A stretch of 63,400 bases of DNA, filler included, from Vannella sp. (Eukaryota), in the NCBI GenBank assembly GCA_023345925.1. It is 4 parts of 4 records of this genome, joined end to end, with 100 filler letters (N's around TTAATTAATTAA, not from the genome) between each part and the next. Parts side by side here need not be neighbours in the genome. Positions count along the whole stretch, not along the records: positions 1 to 12,991 come from JAJQQN010000635.1; positions 13,092 to 21,942 come from JAJQQN010001032.1; positions 22,043 to 53,975 come from JAJQQN010000140.1; 1 more part is not named here. One strand, given 5' to 3'. The position numbers and the translations under genes are program-made. Of the stretch, positions 12,107-24,724 are shown piece after piece. The notes under the pieces are model-generated. The model was not told where the DNA came from and did no database searches. It saw only the letters and a program-made list of their open reading frames with translations. Each line of letters starts with the position of its first letter. Position 1 is the stretch's first letter.

Positions 12107-12958
12107 TCAAGCGGTGGCGAGTTCCTTTGGAAGGGTGGTTGGGGGAAGTGGTCCTGTGAGTCCGAGAGGGTTGAAATGAAGGGGATACTGAAGGATATGA
12201 GCTGGGTCTTCGCCTAGTTCAATGAGATCGCCCTGCAGATGCTGGATGGTCAGGCAGAGCTTCTCGTATTGGTCTGAGGGGAAGTTTTCTTTCTTGTAGA
12301 AGCGGACACGGCGCCGTTGGTGCATGTTCTCGCGTAGTGATTGATAGGAGAAGTCCAGCCGGGTCCTCTGGAAGTAACCCAAGAACACAATGCTGCCAAA
12401 GAAGCCCAAAAGGTACGTGCAAGGCTCCATTATGTCCCACGAGAGGTCCCACCAAGTGAGGCGGGCAATAGTAGCTCCTTGTAGAACGGCTCCACCAGCT
12501 ATTGACCACAGGATACGGTTAACAGACTTGACTGCTCGCTTTTCGATCTCCTTCTTCATGCCATCGAGGACTGCCTTCTCTTGGAGACACTCAGCCAGTC
12601 GCTCTTTGTTCGCAGCAATCTTGGCTTGAGTTAGAGCGTTGGAGGGGTCCAGAACGTCAAGCAGATGTGAAGTGACACGCTCAGGATGAATGAAGAGGTA
12701 TTTCTCGACGGAGGGGATACGCAGAACCAGCTTCTCCCGAATGAGGCTTTCCACATGAACTTGAGCGTCTTCTTGGCTCATTCCAAGGTCACCAGCAATC
12801 CCCCAGAGCTGCTCCTGGGTCAAGCGATAGCTCTTGTCCTCCGCAAGCCGGATCTTCAACGCCTCATAGCCAGCTGCCGGTGCAGTACAAAGACACGCCC
12901 ACACAGGCGTCCCTAACCGTTTCAACGCGCCTCCCACAAGCAACCCACGAGCCAGCAT
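12107..12958 (-). CDS. MCU: Mitochondrial calcium uniporter
   Basis: Coiled coil and two TMs flanking the WDIMEPCTY (DIME) selectivity motif. Basic N-terminal presequence. Confidence 0.93.
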   Translation of the reverse strand: MLARGLLVGGALKRLGTPVWACLCTAPAAGYEALKIRLAEDKSYRLTQEQLWGIAGDLGMSQEDAQVHVESLIREKLVLRIPSVEKYLFIHPERVTSHLLDVLDPSNALTQAKIAANKERLAECLQEKAVLDGMKKEIEKRAVKSVNRILWSIAGGAVLQGATIARLTWWDLSWDIMEPCTYLLGFFGSIVFLGYFQRTRLDFSYQSLRENMHQRRRVRFYKKENFPSDQYEKLCLTIQHLQGDLIELGEDPAHILQYPLHFNPLGLTGPLPPTTLPKELATA

Positions 12959-12991
12959 CCCCACGACACCAGAAAATGGCCCAAACTCTCC

Positions 12992-13091
12992 NNNNNNNNN
13001 NNNNNNNNNNNNNNNNNNNNNNNNNNNNNNNNNNNTTAATTAATTAANNNNNNNNNNNNNNNNNNNNNNNNNNNNNNNNNNNNNNNNNNNN
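12992..13091. other. Artificial contig linker
   Basis: N44-TTAATTAATTAA-N44 (stops in all six frames). Confidence 0.97.
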
Positions 13092-14342
13092 GGAAGATCG
13101 ATCCACTGGCGCCCATCAAAGGAAGAGTGATCTCTGAGTTTGTGAGCGAACCGAGCGGGATGTCATTGTGCTCTTCCACCCAAACACTCTTTGTGATATG
13201 CGATACGGGATCATGCGGAGCTGTGTACGAGCTGGACCGAAATGGAACTCTTCTTCAAACCTGGCGCTTTCCTGAGCGGCTGAAGGACATCGAGTCCGTT
13301 GCCTGTGATGATCAAAACCAACGCCTCTTTGTAGCAGAAGAAGGTCTGATGAGAGTCAGCGTCTTTGTGCTTCCAGTTCGCTCGGACAATCGCACATTTA
13401 CCTCCCAATTGGAAGATCTCTTCCTTGTCCGCTTGGACTCCTTCGATGTTGATCTTGACGTACGTCCTTCTTGATCCATCTCCTCTTGTCCTAACTGTTG
13501 ATTAGGACATTCGACGCCAGTTTGATCACAAGGGGAAGAACCTTCCCGGTATTGAGGGAATGACTTACGACCCAATCTCTGATTCGTTGCTTGTGGCTAA
13601 TGAGAAGGAGCCCTCTATGATCGCTACTATCAGCTTGGCAACTCATCGTGTGGAGGATGTCGTGATAACGACCTTCTCACAAGATCTTTCAGGACTGGCA
13701 GTGGACGAGGTTCTGAAGCAAATATGGGTCCTTTCGGACAAGGATGAGCGCCTGTATCTTGTCTCTCCAAAGAACTATGCTGTTCTAGACTTCTGGGACC
13801 TGCCAATGGAGAACCCAGAGGGCATAGCCGTGGATAACAGCCAAGACCCTCCCATGTTGTTTATCGTGACCGACCCCAGTTCTCCCCACGGGAAGCAGTA
13901 TGTCGGCGCCTTCTTCCAGTTTATCAAGCCTGTCCAAGGGACTGGTTTGACCTTCTTTCCCAATGGCCAGAACCACACCGCCCCTGCCCCTGAGTGTGAA
14001 GGTTGTGATGAAGTCTGGAAGGCTGTTGCGGCGATCCCAGAAGCCTACATCAAGGTTCCTAAGCACGAATCGCACGGAACCAGGAATGCGCTTATCGGCT
14101 CCCTCTCGGCCCTACTTTCTCTGTGTCTGTGCTCCACCATCCTTGGCATCAGTTGCTTCGTCCTCATCAGGAGGAACAAACACAAACGGCTCCAAGAAAA
14201 GCAGGAAGTACTTCTCAGCGAGCATGACGTTGAGAAAGGAACAGAGAAGCACTCACAATCCCCTTCCCTCTCTCGTTGGGGACCAAAACAGGCCTGGCAA
14301 CCTGTCAACATCCAAACACCCCACGAAGAAACACAATTGTAA
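13092..14342 (+). CDS. SdiA-regulated/YjiK-like beta-propeller protein with C-terminal TM (5' partial)
   Basis: Blades EPSGM, DIESVA, GIEGMTYDP..LLVANEKEP, DLSGLAVD..IWVLSD, NPEGIAVD. Intron ~13460-13506. TM segment ALIGSLSALL..FVLI. Confidence 0.7.
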
Positions 14343-14643
14343 ATATCTCATAAATATCTTTCGCATTTCCCCTTCGATTTCCCCACTTTGATTTCCTGAT
14401 CAGTCCTTCGCCGCCGTGTGGTTGCATGGTCTGGGAGAGCCCTCGCGTTTACTGATTTATTTACTTCTTGTTCCTTGAAGTCAACATCATGAACCCTGAC
14501 ATGAAGAGACCCGTGATCCTCCAAAGAAACGTAAGGTCCTCCTCCCCTCCGACAGCTTTGGGTTTGGACTGACTTCAAGGAAGCGAGTCGCAGAGCCGCC
14601 TCGCGTCGCCCCTGAACCCACACCTCAGGCTCCTGTCATTCTT

Positions 14644-16059
14644 ATGAGACAAGAAGAGCACGAGACTGTGCAAGACCCTCTGCAGTTCGATGGACTCCTC
14701 CTAGCTTGTCTCGAGGACCCTGTCCAACGACTTTTCGTCCTTAAAATCGAACACGAGCTCCATCGCTTTGCTCATGAAGTGGCGTAAGTCCTTGATCAAC
14801 ATCATACGCGATCTAACGAAGCGAACCAGCCTTGAAGAGCTGGCTTTTCCTCCTTTAGCAACTTTCCAACGAATGATTGTCCATCACGTTGCAGGCTACT
14901 TTCAGCTTAACCGATCTGTGGGAGGATCTGCCGAGAGCTACAAGAGGCCGATGGTTGTGATCAAGACAGAGCACAGCTTTATGTGTGTTCTCCCTCGCTG
15001 TGGTGGTTGAATAGCGTCTCATACATGTACAGACCCGCCTTGAAGCTTGCAGATTTGATCCCCAAAGAGAACGAGCCAGTGCAGAAGATGAAGATCCTCG
15101 CAAGAGCCCGTCCAACCGAACCAGAGGCACCTCGAGCACCAGCCCCTGCCCCTGCCCCCACGATGTTTGCGAAGCGGGTTAGAGTGCCTATCGTTGTGAC
15201 TGATAGATGTGACCCTCCACTCCCTCCGCCTGAGGACAATGAACCTCCTAATGAGAGGGAGAAGGCGTATGCAATTGCTCGAGCAAAGATCTTTGGGGAA
15301 GAGCTCGACGAGTCCTTCCTTACTGAAACTCCCTCCGATTCCAAGCCGATCAGCTCAGCCATACAGAACACGTCGCACTTGGCCGAGGAAGTTCACACTA
15401 TCCCTCACAACGGGCCAAACTTGCTGCCCTTGTGGGAAGCAACGTCGTCTACATCTATCCCTGGAGCTACTTCACAGATAACAGATAGTGCAGCGTATGC
15501 TCCCACAAGCCTAGTCCCATCACAAGGTCCAGTGAACCTGTTCTACCCTGGAGAGGGGAATATCGCGAGACAATCTCCCATTCTACCCTCTCAGCCAGTG
15601 CAACCCAACCCGTTCCAACCGGGTGGCTATTCTCCTTCACACTACCCACACATAGAACCTCCCTTTTACCCCACTTACCAACCAGGACCTCCTGCAGGAG
15701 CGTGGCCAGCCCACCAGACATGGAACCCCTCTCCCATGAGACTTCTCTACGACTACTCAGACATGAATAGCATACCCCCACTCACTCCCAAGGACACAGT
15801 CGAAATCCCAAAGCACATTCTCGAACTCCGCCGTCTCGATCCACAGATTCGATCCGTTATGGACCCACGCCTTCGTCCCCTCCATGACATGGGTGCTTCA
15901 CTGAAGGTGTTGAACATCCCCCTTCCATCTGGAATTCCAGATGATCGGCCCCTCACCATTGTCGCCGTCTTCCCTTCCGTGCACTCCGCTCTCTCTGCTC
16001 TCCGAGCCAGCCCGGCCTCAGCTTATCAACTCTGTCAGTGGTCTGGTCGAATGGAATAA
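14644..16059 (+). CDS. R3H + SUZ domain RNA-binding protein (R3HDM/ARPP21/encore-like)
   Basis: FPPLATFQRMIVHHVAGYFQL (R3H). MKILAR...EREKAYAIARAKIFG (SUZ). Introns ~14784-14821 and ~14983-15032. Confidence 0.85.
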
Positions 16060-16118
16060 TCATTAAATTCGTTCATTTCGCAGCAATTATATTCACACTT
16101 GGACCATTCTTTGTTCGC

Positions 16119-16615
16119 ATGTTCCGGCTGTCGTCCTTGGCGTTGCTCTTTGTTGTTGCCGCTCTCTTTACTTCGTCCGTGTGGTGCCAGGGAGTTGCTG
16201 ACTTGAGCAGTAAGACATTGGCTTTGTTGTGGGGGCTGCGGGCTAACGGGAGATTCCTTTCCAGCTTACGCAGACTACAAGCCTGGCCAAGCGGTCCCCC
16301 CTGTCCCAAGAATCTCCCTGCCATCTCTTGTCGTTGTTGATACCAAAGACTCTGGTGCGTTGTTTGACACTGAATATGGAGCGTTACTGATGTCTTGTTT
16401 TAGGTGCTCCCTTCGGACTTTTGTCCGCAAGTAGGGCAGGTGCCATCCCCACCTTCGAGCTTCCCCCTGCTAGCTACTTCCAGACCTCGCTCTTTGGAAA
16501 CGCAGGAGGTAAAGGTGGAGATGGTAATGGCGCAGGGGATTCTTCCGATGCATCTTCCTTGAACAGCCTTGGCTGCGTGTTCATTATGATCATGATTGCA
16601 GTCACCCTCTTCTAG
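16119..16615 (+). CDS. Small secreted, probably GPI-anchored protein (~130 aa)
   Basis: Signal peptide MFRLSSLALLFVVAALF. Two introns (~16210-16264, ~16355-16403). Gly/Ser linker, 'SDASSL', then a hydrophobic C-terminus. Confidence 0.7.
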
Positions 16616-16819
16616 ACATCTCATTTAAGCAGTATTTATTGGCTCCTGCAACACATGTGCTCGTTCCCGCTCTTCCCTCTCCTTGTGGGACCTCCCTCGT
16701 AGCCTTTGAATAGACCAGGATGTTATTGTTTATGGTTGCTCACTCCCCAAAAGAGTCCTGAGTGTTGAAGGGGTTGGCGCAGCCAGGAAGGAGATAATAC
16801 ATGAAAGGACATCAGCTTG

Positions 16820-18024
16820 TTACACTGTGGGCGGAGCTCCACGTCCGCGCACAGGACTTCCTCGTGAGGCACCACCGGGGCCTCCTCGTAGAGCACCACC
16901 GGGGCCTCCGCGTGGTGGTCCTCCTCTGCCACGGACACCTCGGAAAGCACCTCGTCCACCACGGCCTCCACGAGTGGGAGCGACTGCTGCTGGGAACTCC
17001 TTCACGGCAGCTGTCAGTTGTGTGACAACATCCTTGAAGGTGGGGCGATCCTCGGGAGAGTATTTGCACACAGCAAAGGCTATGTCTGAGAAGGCACTAG
17101 GGCAGTCTTCGGGGATGATTCCCTTCGTCTTGTTCACATCTAACTCAAAGCCATCCATTGCTGAACGTTGCAGCGACGTGCTGACTTTCTGTCGGGTGAT
17201 GATCTCGAGAAGGACGATACCGTAGCTGAAGACATCCGCCTTTTCGTTATAGTCCATTCCCATGATAACCTCTGGAGCCATCCAATCGTCTGTCCCACAG
17301 AGAGTCATCGCACGAGCCTCCCGTTTGTCATTCAAGCGCGCGAAGCCAAAGTCACAGATCTTTGCTCGGTTGTTCTGATCCACCTAACAAAGCATCAAAC
17401 GTAACATTAGCTTACGATACGCAGGGAGAGCGGGTGAGCTCACCAGGATGTTTTTGCTCTTCAAGTCTCGGAAGATGATGTTCTTCTTGTGCAGGTAGGC
17501 CACTGAAGGTAGCGATAAATACATCATATTAGTGTGGTCTCCAAGATGTGCGAGAGGAATCGCAGCCGCGATGGAGGGACAACGTACTTGCGCAGGCGAC
17601 ATCCAAAGCAAGGCGTCCTCGAACCTGCCAGGAGAGGTGAACTTCCGGGTTCTTCAGTAGTCCGCGCAAGGCGCCCTTTGACACATATTCAGTGACGATG
17701 TAGAGGTCGGTGCCTTTGTAGGCAGCGCCCATAAAGGTGACGATGTTCGGGTGTCGCATGGATCTGCCGATTCGGTTGGTACAGGAGGGCTTAAGGCTAC
17801 TTCCTTGGATAGATTACTTACTTGAGAGCAGACACCTCTCGTCTAAAATACAGTTCGTCGTCCTCCTCCATGTAACAAAGCTTCTTCACCGCCACCTCCG
17901 TCCCGAAGTACTCCCCCTTGAAGACCTCTCCAAAGGCTCCTCGTCCGATGGCATCCCCAAACTCGATCTCCTCCAAATCAATAGTCCAAACCTCCTCAAA
18001 GTTCTCAATCAACCCGTCATCCAT
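16820..18024 (-). CDS. TKL-group protein kinase (LISK/LIMK-TESK-like) with RGG-rich tail
   Basis: GRGAFG, VAVKK, FRDLKSKN, DFG, CGTDDWMAPE, DVFSYG. Introns 17821-17764, 17587-17503, ~17443-17384. Confidence 0.9.
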
Positions 18025-18077
18025 CGCTCCCGAGCGCAGAAAGAAGTGATCCCCCTTCGGTCACGTGATCTTGTTGT

Positions 18078-20611
18078 TTATTGAGGCTCAGGCCGGGACT
18101 GGTACTGGAGAACGTGTTCCAAAGTCCACAAGGAATTGCCAAGTTCATCGCCCTTGTGAGTCGGCTGAGCCATCTCTCGAAGGAAGTTGGCAGCAACACC
18201 AACTGCCGTTTCGGTGGAGAGATTCACTTGTGAAGGTCCCAGATGCTGAGTAATCCATTGTGGAAGCTTGTTGCGCTTATCAGCGCGATTGTAGCGCTTA
18301 TCAGCAAACACCATAATCCCATAATCAGATTTTCCTCGGAGGATCCGGCCAACGCACTGGGCCGTGTTGCGCATCGCGTCGAAAGTTAGAAAGTCGCCTT
18401 CTTTGATGTCAAATTGATCGCGGAGATACTTGAGACGCTCCAATAGGACTCGATTCTTGGTGTATAGGTATGGAATACCGAATACGATGACACAGCGGCC
18501 ATAATGGTGGTCAAAATCGATGCCCTCTGCAATCTTACCGCGCGCTACGGAGAAGAGAACGGCACCTCGGCCACTGCGGCATGCCTTTCGGTAGTTCTCT
18601 AAGGCCAGAGAGGTTTCTGCGGCAAATGGAGTCTCGATGAAGAGTAGCTTGTGCTCCAGAAGCTGAGAGAGCATCCCCATTTCGTTCCAACAGCTAACAA
18701 TGCCTTCCATGTACATGTAAGAGGGGAAGAAGCAAACCATTCCGTCAGGGACTGTCGCTGCCATGTCAATTAAGAGGTTGCCATAGTTTCTTACCACAGC
18801 AGGGTCTTTACGAGTGTCGAACTTGGAGGTAATGGCCACTTGGTCGGCACCCTTTGTCACTATCAAAGGGCAAAGGGAAGGTCGATGCAAGGAGATTTTG
18901 AAGCGAGCAGACACAACAGGGTTAAAGTCCAGTATCTTTGGAAATATTTCCAAAGGAGAGAGGGTTCCAGAAGTAAGTATAACTGACCGGAACTGCTTCT
19001 GGACTGGCTTCATGGCAATGGAAGCATCCAAGCAGCATAGCTTGATATAACGCTGGGAAGCGTCCTCCGTATCAATCAAAATACAGAATCCTTTGTCATA
19101 CACCCCAATGAGAGATGCAAAGTCGCAAAGAATGGAGATGTCCGAGAATTGGGAGATGTTCGTTATTTGTAGAGTCATCAGGAGTGATTGCAGCCTCGCA
19201 CTAGTTGATTTCAGGGACCGCAGGTCAACTTGAGCCAGTTTGGTGAGCTGATAAACAAATTCTTTGACCCATTTCACACCAGAAGGCTGTTGGGACCGGA
19301 GGTTCTCGTTCAAGAACTTTAGAATGCGCCTGAGGTATTGCAGGAAGTGGTCTACTTTGCGAAGGTTACCTGGAATACGCTCTGCAACCTGGTCAAAGAT
19401 GTCCGCGCCTTGGACCGGGGCGTAGATTTGGTCCGAGATTTGGGTGGGAATTTCCAGTCCATCGACCAATCGCTGGTACTCTTCTCGGAGGCGTTCAGGC
19501 TCTTCATTTTTGAGCTTTTTCGCTTCCTTTTCAACCTTCTCAAGGCTATCCGCGCACCTTTTCAGGATTTCGGAGTCCAAGCTGATAGAGAGGGCATCAA
19601 TACAAACTGTATCGATATTGTGAGCTTCGTCAAAGACCACAATAGTGTTTTCATCAAACTGGGAGCAGACGAGCTTGGAGATCTTCGGATCCAGGACGTA
19701 TTGGTACGAGAATACCACCAAGTTGGCGAATGTTGCCATGTGGCGAGCCAAGAAGTAGGGGCACCTGGTCCCAGGGCAATTAGATGCCATCCACTAGTAG
19801 ATATAGAAAGAAAGCACGTGCTTACCAGCCCTTCTTGACCCCTAACTCGCGGAGATCATCCAGAGAATACACTCCCTTGAGAAAAGCATCGGTTCCTGTT
19901 GATTGAAAGCCTTCGAACCACTCACACTTGGGTAGATCTGGGTCTGAACGAGTCCAGGTACTCGTCAGAGCGCTACCAATCGAGCCATGTTAGGACCTTT
20001 CTCAAACTTCAACGGGACCTCGATCGTACCGGCAATTGCTGTCGACTGACGAGGCGTTCTGGAACTTAGTGTTACTATCAATAGGAGCGTTCTCTCCAGG
20101 GATGGGACGAGAGGCAACGGTGGGGTGAATGCAGAGGTTCTTGCGGGAGGACAAGGAGAGACAGAGATAATCTTCTGGTTTGAGCTCTCCTGGTTTGGGC
20201 TCACGCTTCTCCTTCTTGTACACATCTATACGATACGCAAGAAGCCGTCGGACTTCCTCAACGACTTTCTCGATCTCTGGCACTGTGCGGGAGCAGTAGA
20301 CGAGCTTCCGGTTGCCTCCACGGGTGGCTTGGTAGGACATGATAAACGCCAACAGGGAGATCGTCTTACCAGTACCTGTAGGCATCTCCAGCACACCTAC
20401 ACCCTGCATTCATCCCTTAGAACCTCTTTGAGCAAAAGGGGAAGGTCGAACCCCTCTATCCAAGGCGATCTTTAGGTGCTTCATGTACTCATACTGCTCT
20501 GGATAGATGAAAGAGTAAGGGAACAGCACTTCTATGTCACCCAACCAGAACCTGCAATCACACTGTTACCACCAATCGAGAAAGAACACTTCAAGGAGCC
20601 GCTTACTGCAT
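18078..20611 (-). CDS. ERCC2: TFIIH 5'-3' DNA helicase XPD/Rad3
   Basis: 5-nt first exon [76 protein letters not shown]. Confidence 0.96.
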
Positions 20612-20754
20612 GGCGCCAACAAAAAATGAGGAAACTTTGTTCTCAGTCACAACCAATCCAAGGGCAAATTGCTTCTTTTTTCTGGTTGACCTAAAATTTA
20701 AAAGGTGATTAGCTTCTGAAGCCTTTAGAGGACCGTTTATCGTTGCTGGGGTGG

Positions 20755-21871
20755 CTACAGCCTTTCGAACACTATCAGAAGGAGTACAAGAATGATAGCA
20801 AACAGAAAGGAGCCGATGGGGAGCGCCAAAGCTCGCAAAAGGGACTTGTTTGGGGACTGAACCGGTTCTGAGGGAGATCGAGTGGAAGAGGAAGAAGGCG
20901 TCTTCTTGGAACGCTTGGGAGGTACTATGAGCACCTCTCGTGTGGCAGGGAGTTCAAGATCGTCGTTCTGTTCAGGTGGAACGGAGAACGAATGCCGGAG
21001 AGGGGTCGAAGGCGCGCTCGAGTCTGACTCTCCTTCTCCGAGCTTAAGACTTCGAGAGGTCATATCTCCACTTGTCCTTCCTTCAGAGTTCTTGCGGAAG
21101 CGGCTGCTGAGCGATCCCGCAAAGTTCTTTGGGAAAGCAGCGGCGAGTTTGGAAGCATCTGCTGCCATCTCGATTGTGGTGTTGATAGGCCGATCTCGCA
21201 TGCCTTCTGCCAAGTGCTTCCTCCTGGCTTTCTTGGTGATGTCACTGAGGGTCACCTGTGGCCCCTTGCGCGTGTAGATCCGGTGATGAGAGATGAAGAT
21301 GGATGGATCTTCTGAAGAAGGGAACCAGCGGATGACCATCGTCATCGTATCATCACTGATGGTGCGTATGAATGAAAGACGCCCCTTTTCCACCTTGTTG
21401 GAGTCTAGGACATGCGATAACTCCTGTTTGTTGTCAGTCACGCCCTCGGGAAAGGGAGAAGGGACGAACCTTTGTTTCTGCATCGAACACAGTATGCGAA
21501 ATGGCATTGCCAAAGAGTGCATCCTTGACTTCGACCTTGCGACTGTCCAGGAAGAGAACCTTTGACCATGATGGGATTCCCTTGACGAATGCGTCGATGT
21601 GGAGCTCTCCCTTCTCATCATCGATTGATATCACTTGTGATACATCGTTACCAACAAAGTATTGCAGCCCGATACGCTTCGTAAGCGAGACTTTCGCCAC
21701 TTTGAGGATACGTTCGGTGGGAACCGTGCCTGGAATGTTGTGGCTGAGCTTAGGATCGAATGCCCAGTTGCCTATGAATTCTTGAAGAGCCTCCGAGAAG
21801 CTTATGATGGAGGGGTGCGTCTTGATACCCTCTTGACCATCCCCCTCCGAGATGTCTTCCTCTGACGGCAT
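20755..21871 (-). CDS. Hypothetical tail-anchored protein with a possible calycin (FABP/lipocalin)-like N-terminal domain
   Basis: Two exons (intron ~21469-21424). F-I-G-N-W near the N-terminus, run of beta-strand-like segments ending RIYTRK, S-rich linker, C-terminal TM. Confidence 0.55.
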
Positions 21872-21942
21872 CCCACAATAATAATAAAAACATGCAATTA
21901 TGACAAGAATGCCAATTCGTCATAATTACATGTTTAGGGAGG

Positions 21943-22042
21943 NNNNNNNNNNNNNNNNNNNNNNNNNNNNNNNNNNNNNNNNNNNNTTAATTAATTAANN
22001 NNNNNNNNNNNNNNNNNNNNNNNNNNNNNNNNNNNNNNNNNN
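21943..22042. other. Artificial contig linker
   Basis: N44-TTAATTAATTAA-N44. Confidence 0.97.
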
Positions 22043-23696
22043 GGTCGGAAACGGATTACCCTGAGCTCTCACAGCGGTCTGAAAGAAAGAGACGTCCCCC
22101 AAAGCACTTAATGGAGTACTTCTGATGCAGAGCAATACACTGGGCATTATTACGTAATTCTCCATTTCTCCATCCGCAATGAATTGACTTTCCGAGATTC
22201 AAAAAAGAGTATTTACTCGAGAATCTCATTGATGTGCTCAAGAAAGAACTGGACAAGAATCATTCCCACTCTTGACTCTGCCACCGCATCGAGGATGGTT
22301 CCATTCTCCTTCCGCAGAATATTTGGGCTAATAACAATCGAAAGGCTTGTTGAAGTCATCAAGTTATCAGGTTGTGATATGACTCGGACAAAGTGAAGAA
22401 GCAAATGGCGCCAAGTCCGCAAGTGAATTGGAGGGAGCCGATTATATAATTTCGTGACAAAAGCTAGTTGCTCAGAAGGGACCACATCTGCATCTGTCAT
22501 GAGTTATGGCCCAATTTGTATCATTGACGTACTCTCAAACTCCAGCCACTCGCTGTAAAGCTGAAATGTCAAGAGAGGATCAGTCATCTCCCGTAAAAAT
22601 AGTTTGACAAGTCCTGCTACGGCATGAGGGTCATGAACAGTAATATCAACATTCTCTCCCGCGTCATATTGAGTTCGGATGCCATGCATAAGAAGGGCAC
22701 TCCCAGATTTGCGGTAAAGACCTTCAGTATCCACTACAAAGGGCTTTCAGTAACAACAGAGGACAAGAACTAGACCCACATACATGACTTTTCCAAGTAT
22801 TTGGTAGCTTCTACCACAAAGGAAGGTATTTGAGCTTCTAAATCGACCTGCCGCACCTCAAAAAGAGGAATCCCGAACAATTGAGGAACTTCTACGCGCT
22901 TCTTCCGACAGGCCATGGAGAGAAGTTTGGAAGAGCGAGAAGCCGCTCGAACTCTCTGTGGTTTTAAGCTCAAGCCAGCCTCTGCTTTGATACCTAACGA
23001 GTCATAGCATTCCGTAAATAGCCGAGCCCATTCCTCCTGGTCAAAGTCGTTGGGCCCTTGGAAGACAAAATGGTGTTCCCCACTTAGTGTGATGGCAGAG
23101 CGTTCCTCCCGGACATCCTCTTCCACTGCCATTCGATAATCCCGAAGTTGCAAGACCAAATCGGGTATCTTGGAGGGTCCAAAGTCATCAGGACGCTTCT
23201 TGAAGTACTCAAAGTAGTCAGGATAGAGGCGTGCGTATCTCTTTTGCCATAGTTTGACGGTCTTGTTCTTTTTGAAGATGAAGCCTTGCTTGATCGCCTG
23301 GCACTTGATGAGGGTCTCAGTTGGGAGTAAGAGGGTACTTACGGGATCTTCTTGGATGATGATGCTCACTTGGGGTCCTGGAGAGGGAGAGACGATCTCT
23401 TCGTGGTCTGGGATGCTCTCCTGTGGTGGGGCTGGCTCCTTCTTTGTCATAGGATAGGTTCGAGGAGGAGGTGTAGGAGGGCATCGCTTGGCCACAGGCG
23501 CTGCTTCCTTTGTAGGAGGGATGAACGGTGAGGGGGACGACCGAAGATAGCTTGTCGGAGGGAACTCCGCCTCCAAACCCGCTGGCAGATCAAAGAACGA
23601 GAGAGGATACTCAGGCGCCATTCCTTTCAATAGCGTCACAGACGCGGGCACCACCTGGCATTGTGGAAGAGGCTTCAACTGGTGGATGTTCAACAT
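22043..23696 (-). CDS. PH-domain RhoGAP (3' end probably runs off the contig)
   Basis: PH: KQGFIFKK..WQKRYARL..EEWARL. GAP: LFGIPL, TEGLYRKSG (Arg finger), VAGLVKLFLREM.DPL, NLMTSTSLSIVISPNIL. Confidence 0.88.
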
Positions 23697-23882
23697 GTGA
23701 CCCTCTCAAATGACCTCCGCCCGCAGTAGCCCTCACAGATTATGAAAAATGTTAGTTTTGTGAGATATCAAGCGTGGGAGAGTGATTCAAGGCGGGTCGA
23801 AAAGTCGATAGCTATTTTTAGGTTTGTTTCGGTGAAGTTCAAAACCGATCATTCGTCGTACGCCCCAAGGACCACCTTTCGC

Positions 23883-24513
23883 ATGACCACGCACAAGGTT
23901 TGTGTTCTAGGAGACGGTGGTGTGGGTAAAACCGCATTGACCATTCAGCTCTGCTCCAATCACTTCGTAAGCTTTCCTTCTGTTTGCATGTTTGCGCTGG
24001 GTTGACTGTTTTGAGTAGGTGGAGGAGTACGATCCCACTATTGAAGACTCTTATCGCAAGCAAGTTGTTATTGATGGTGTCCCTTGCCTTCTTGCTATTC
24101 TCGATACGGCAGGGCAAGAGGAGTTCACTGCTTTGCGAGACCAGTGGATTCGGGACTGTGAGGGCTTTATCATTATTTACTCTATTATTGGACGCAACTC
24201 CTTCAACCAAGTGACTTCCTTCCGCAACCAGGTCTTGAAGGTGAAAGACACGGAAAGCATCCCCATGATGCTCGTGGGTAACAAGTGCGACTTGGAGGAC
24301 AAGAGAGAGGTGGAGACCAACGAAGGAGAAGAGCTGGCCCGCAAGCTTAATTGTCAATTTAAGGAGACGTCTGCCAAGACTCGTGAGAACGTGGAGGAGA
24401 GCTTCTACGACCTCGTCCGGGAGATTCGCAGAACTTCACCAGGAGGTGCCAAGCCTCCTGCAGAGGATGCCAAAGCCCCAATCAAGAAGAAGGGCGGTTG
24501 CTTCTTGCTCTAA
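23883..24513 (+). CDS. Ras small GTPase
   Basis: [33 protein letters not shown], CaaX CFLL. Intron 23967-24018. Confidence 0.97.
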
Positions 24514-24724
24514 TTTATCGTCCGCGGTCTTCTGGGTTCCCAACTTTGTACTTGTCTCGAACATAAACGTTCTCCTTCTCATCCTTCAACTCCCATCCTT
24601 CTTCCCATCTGTTTGAGGGTCCCAGAAACAAGCTAGTGAAGCAATTTAAGCTTCCACAGGGCTCCTTCGCACTTTCTCTCAACAGGCTCGACGGTCCTCC
24701 AGCAGAGAGGTAAAGCGAGGAGGT

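Noticed and set aside
12992..13091. TTAATTAATTAA palindrome within N runs, recurring three times
   Set aside because: Identical 100-nt construction with six-frame stops. It is an assembly linker, not biology.
17503..17587. Longer than usual (85-nt) intron as a possible snoRNA host
   Set aside because: No convincing C/D or H/ACA boxes visible.
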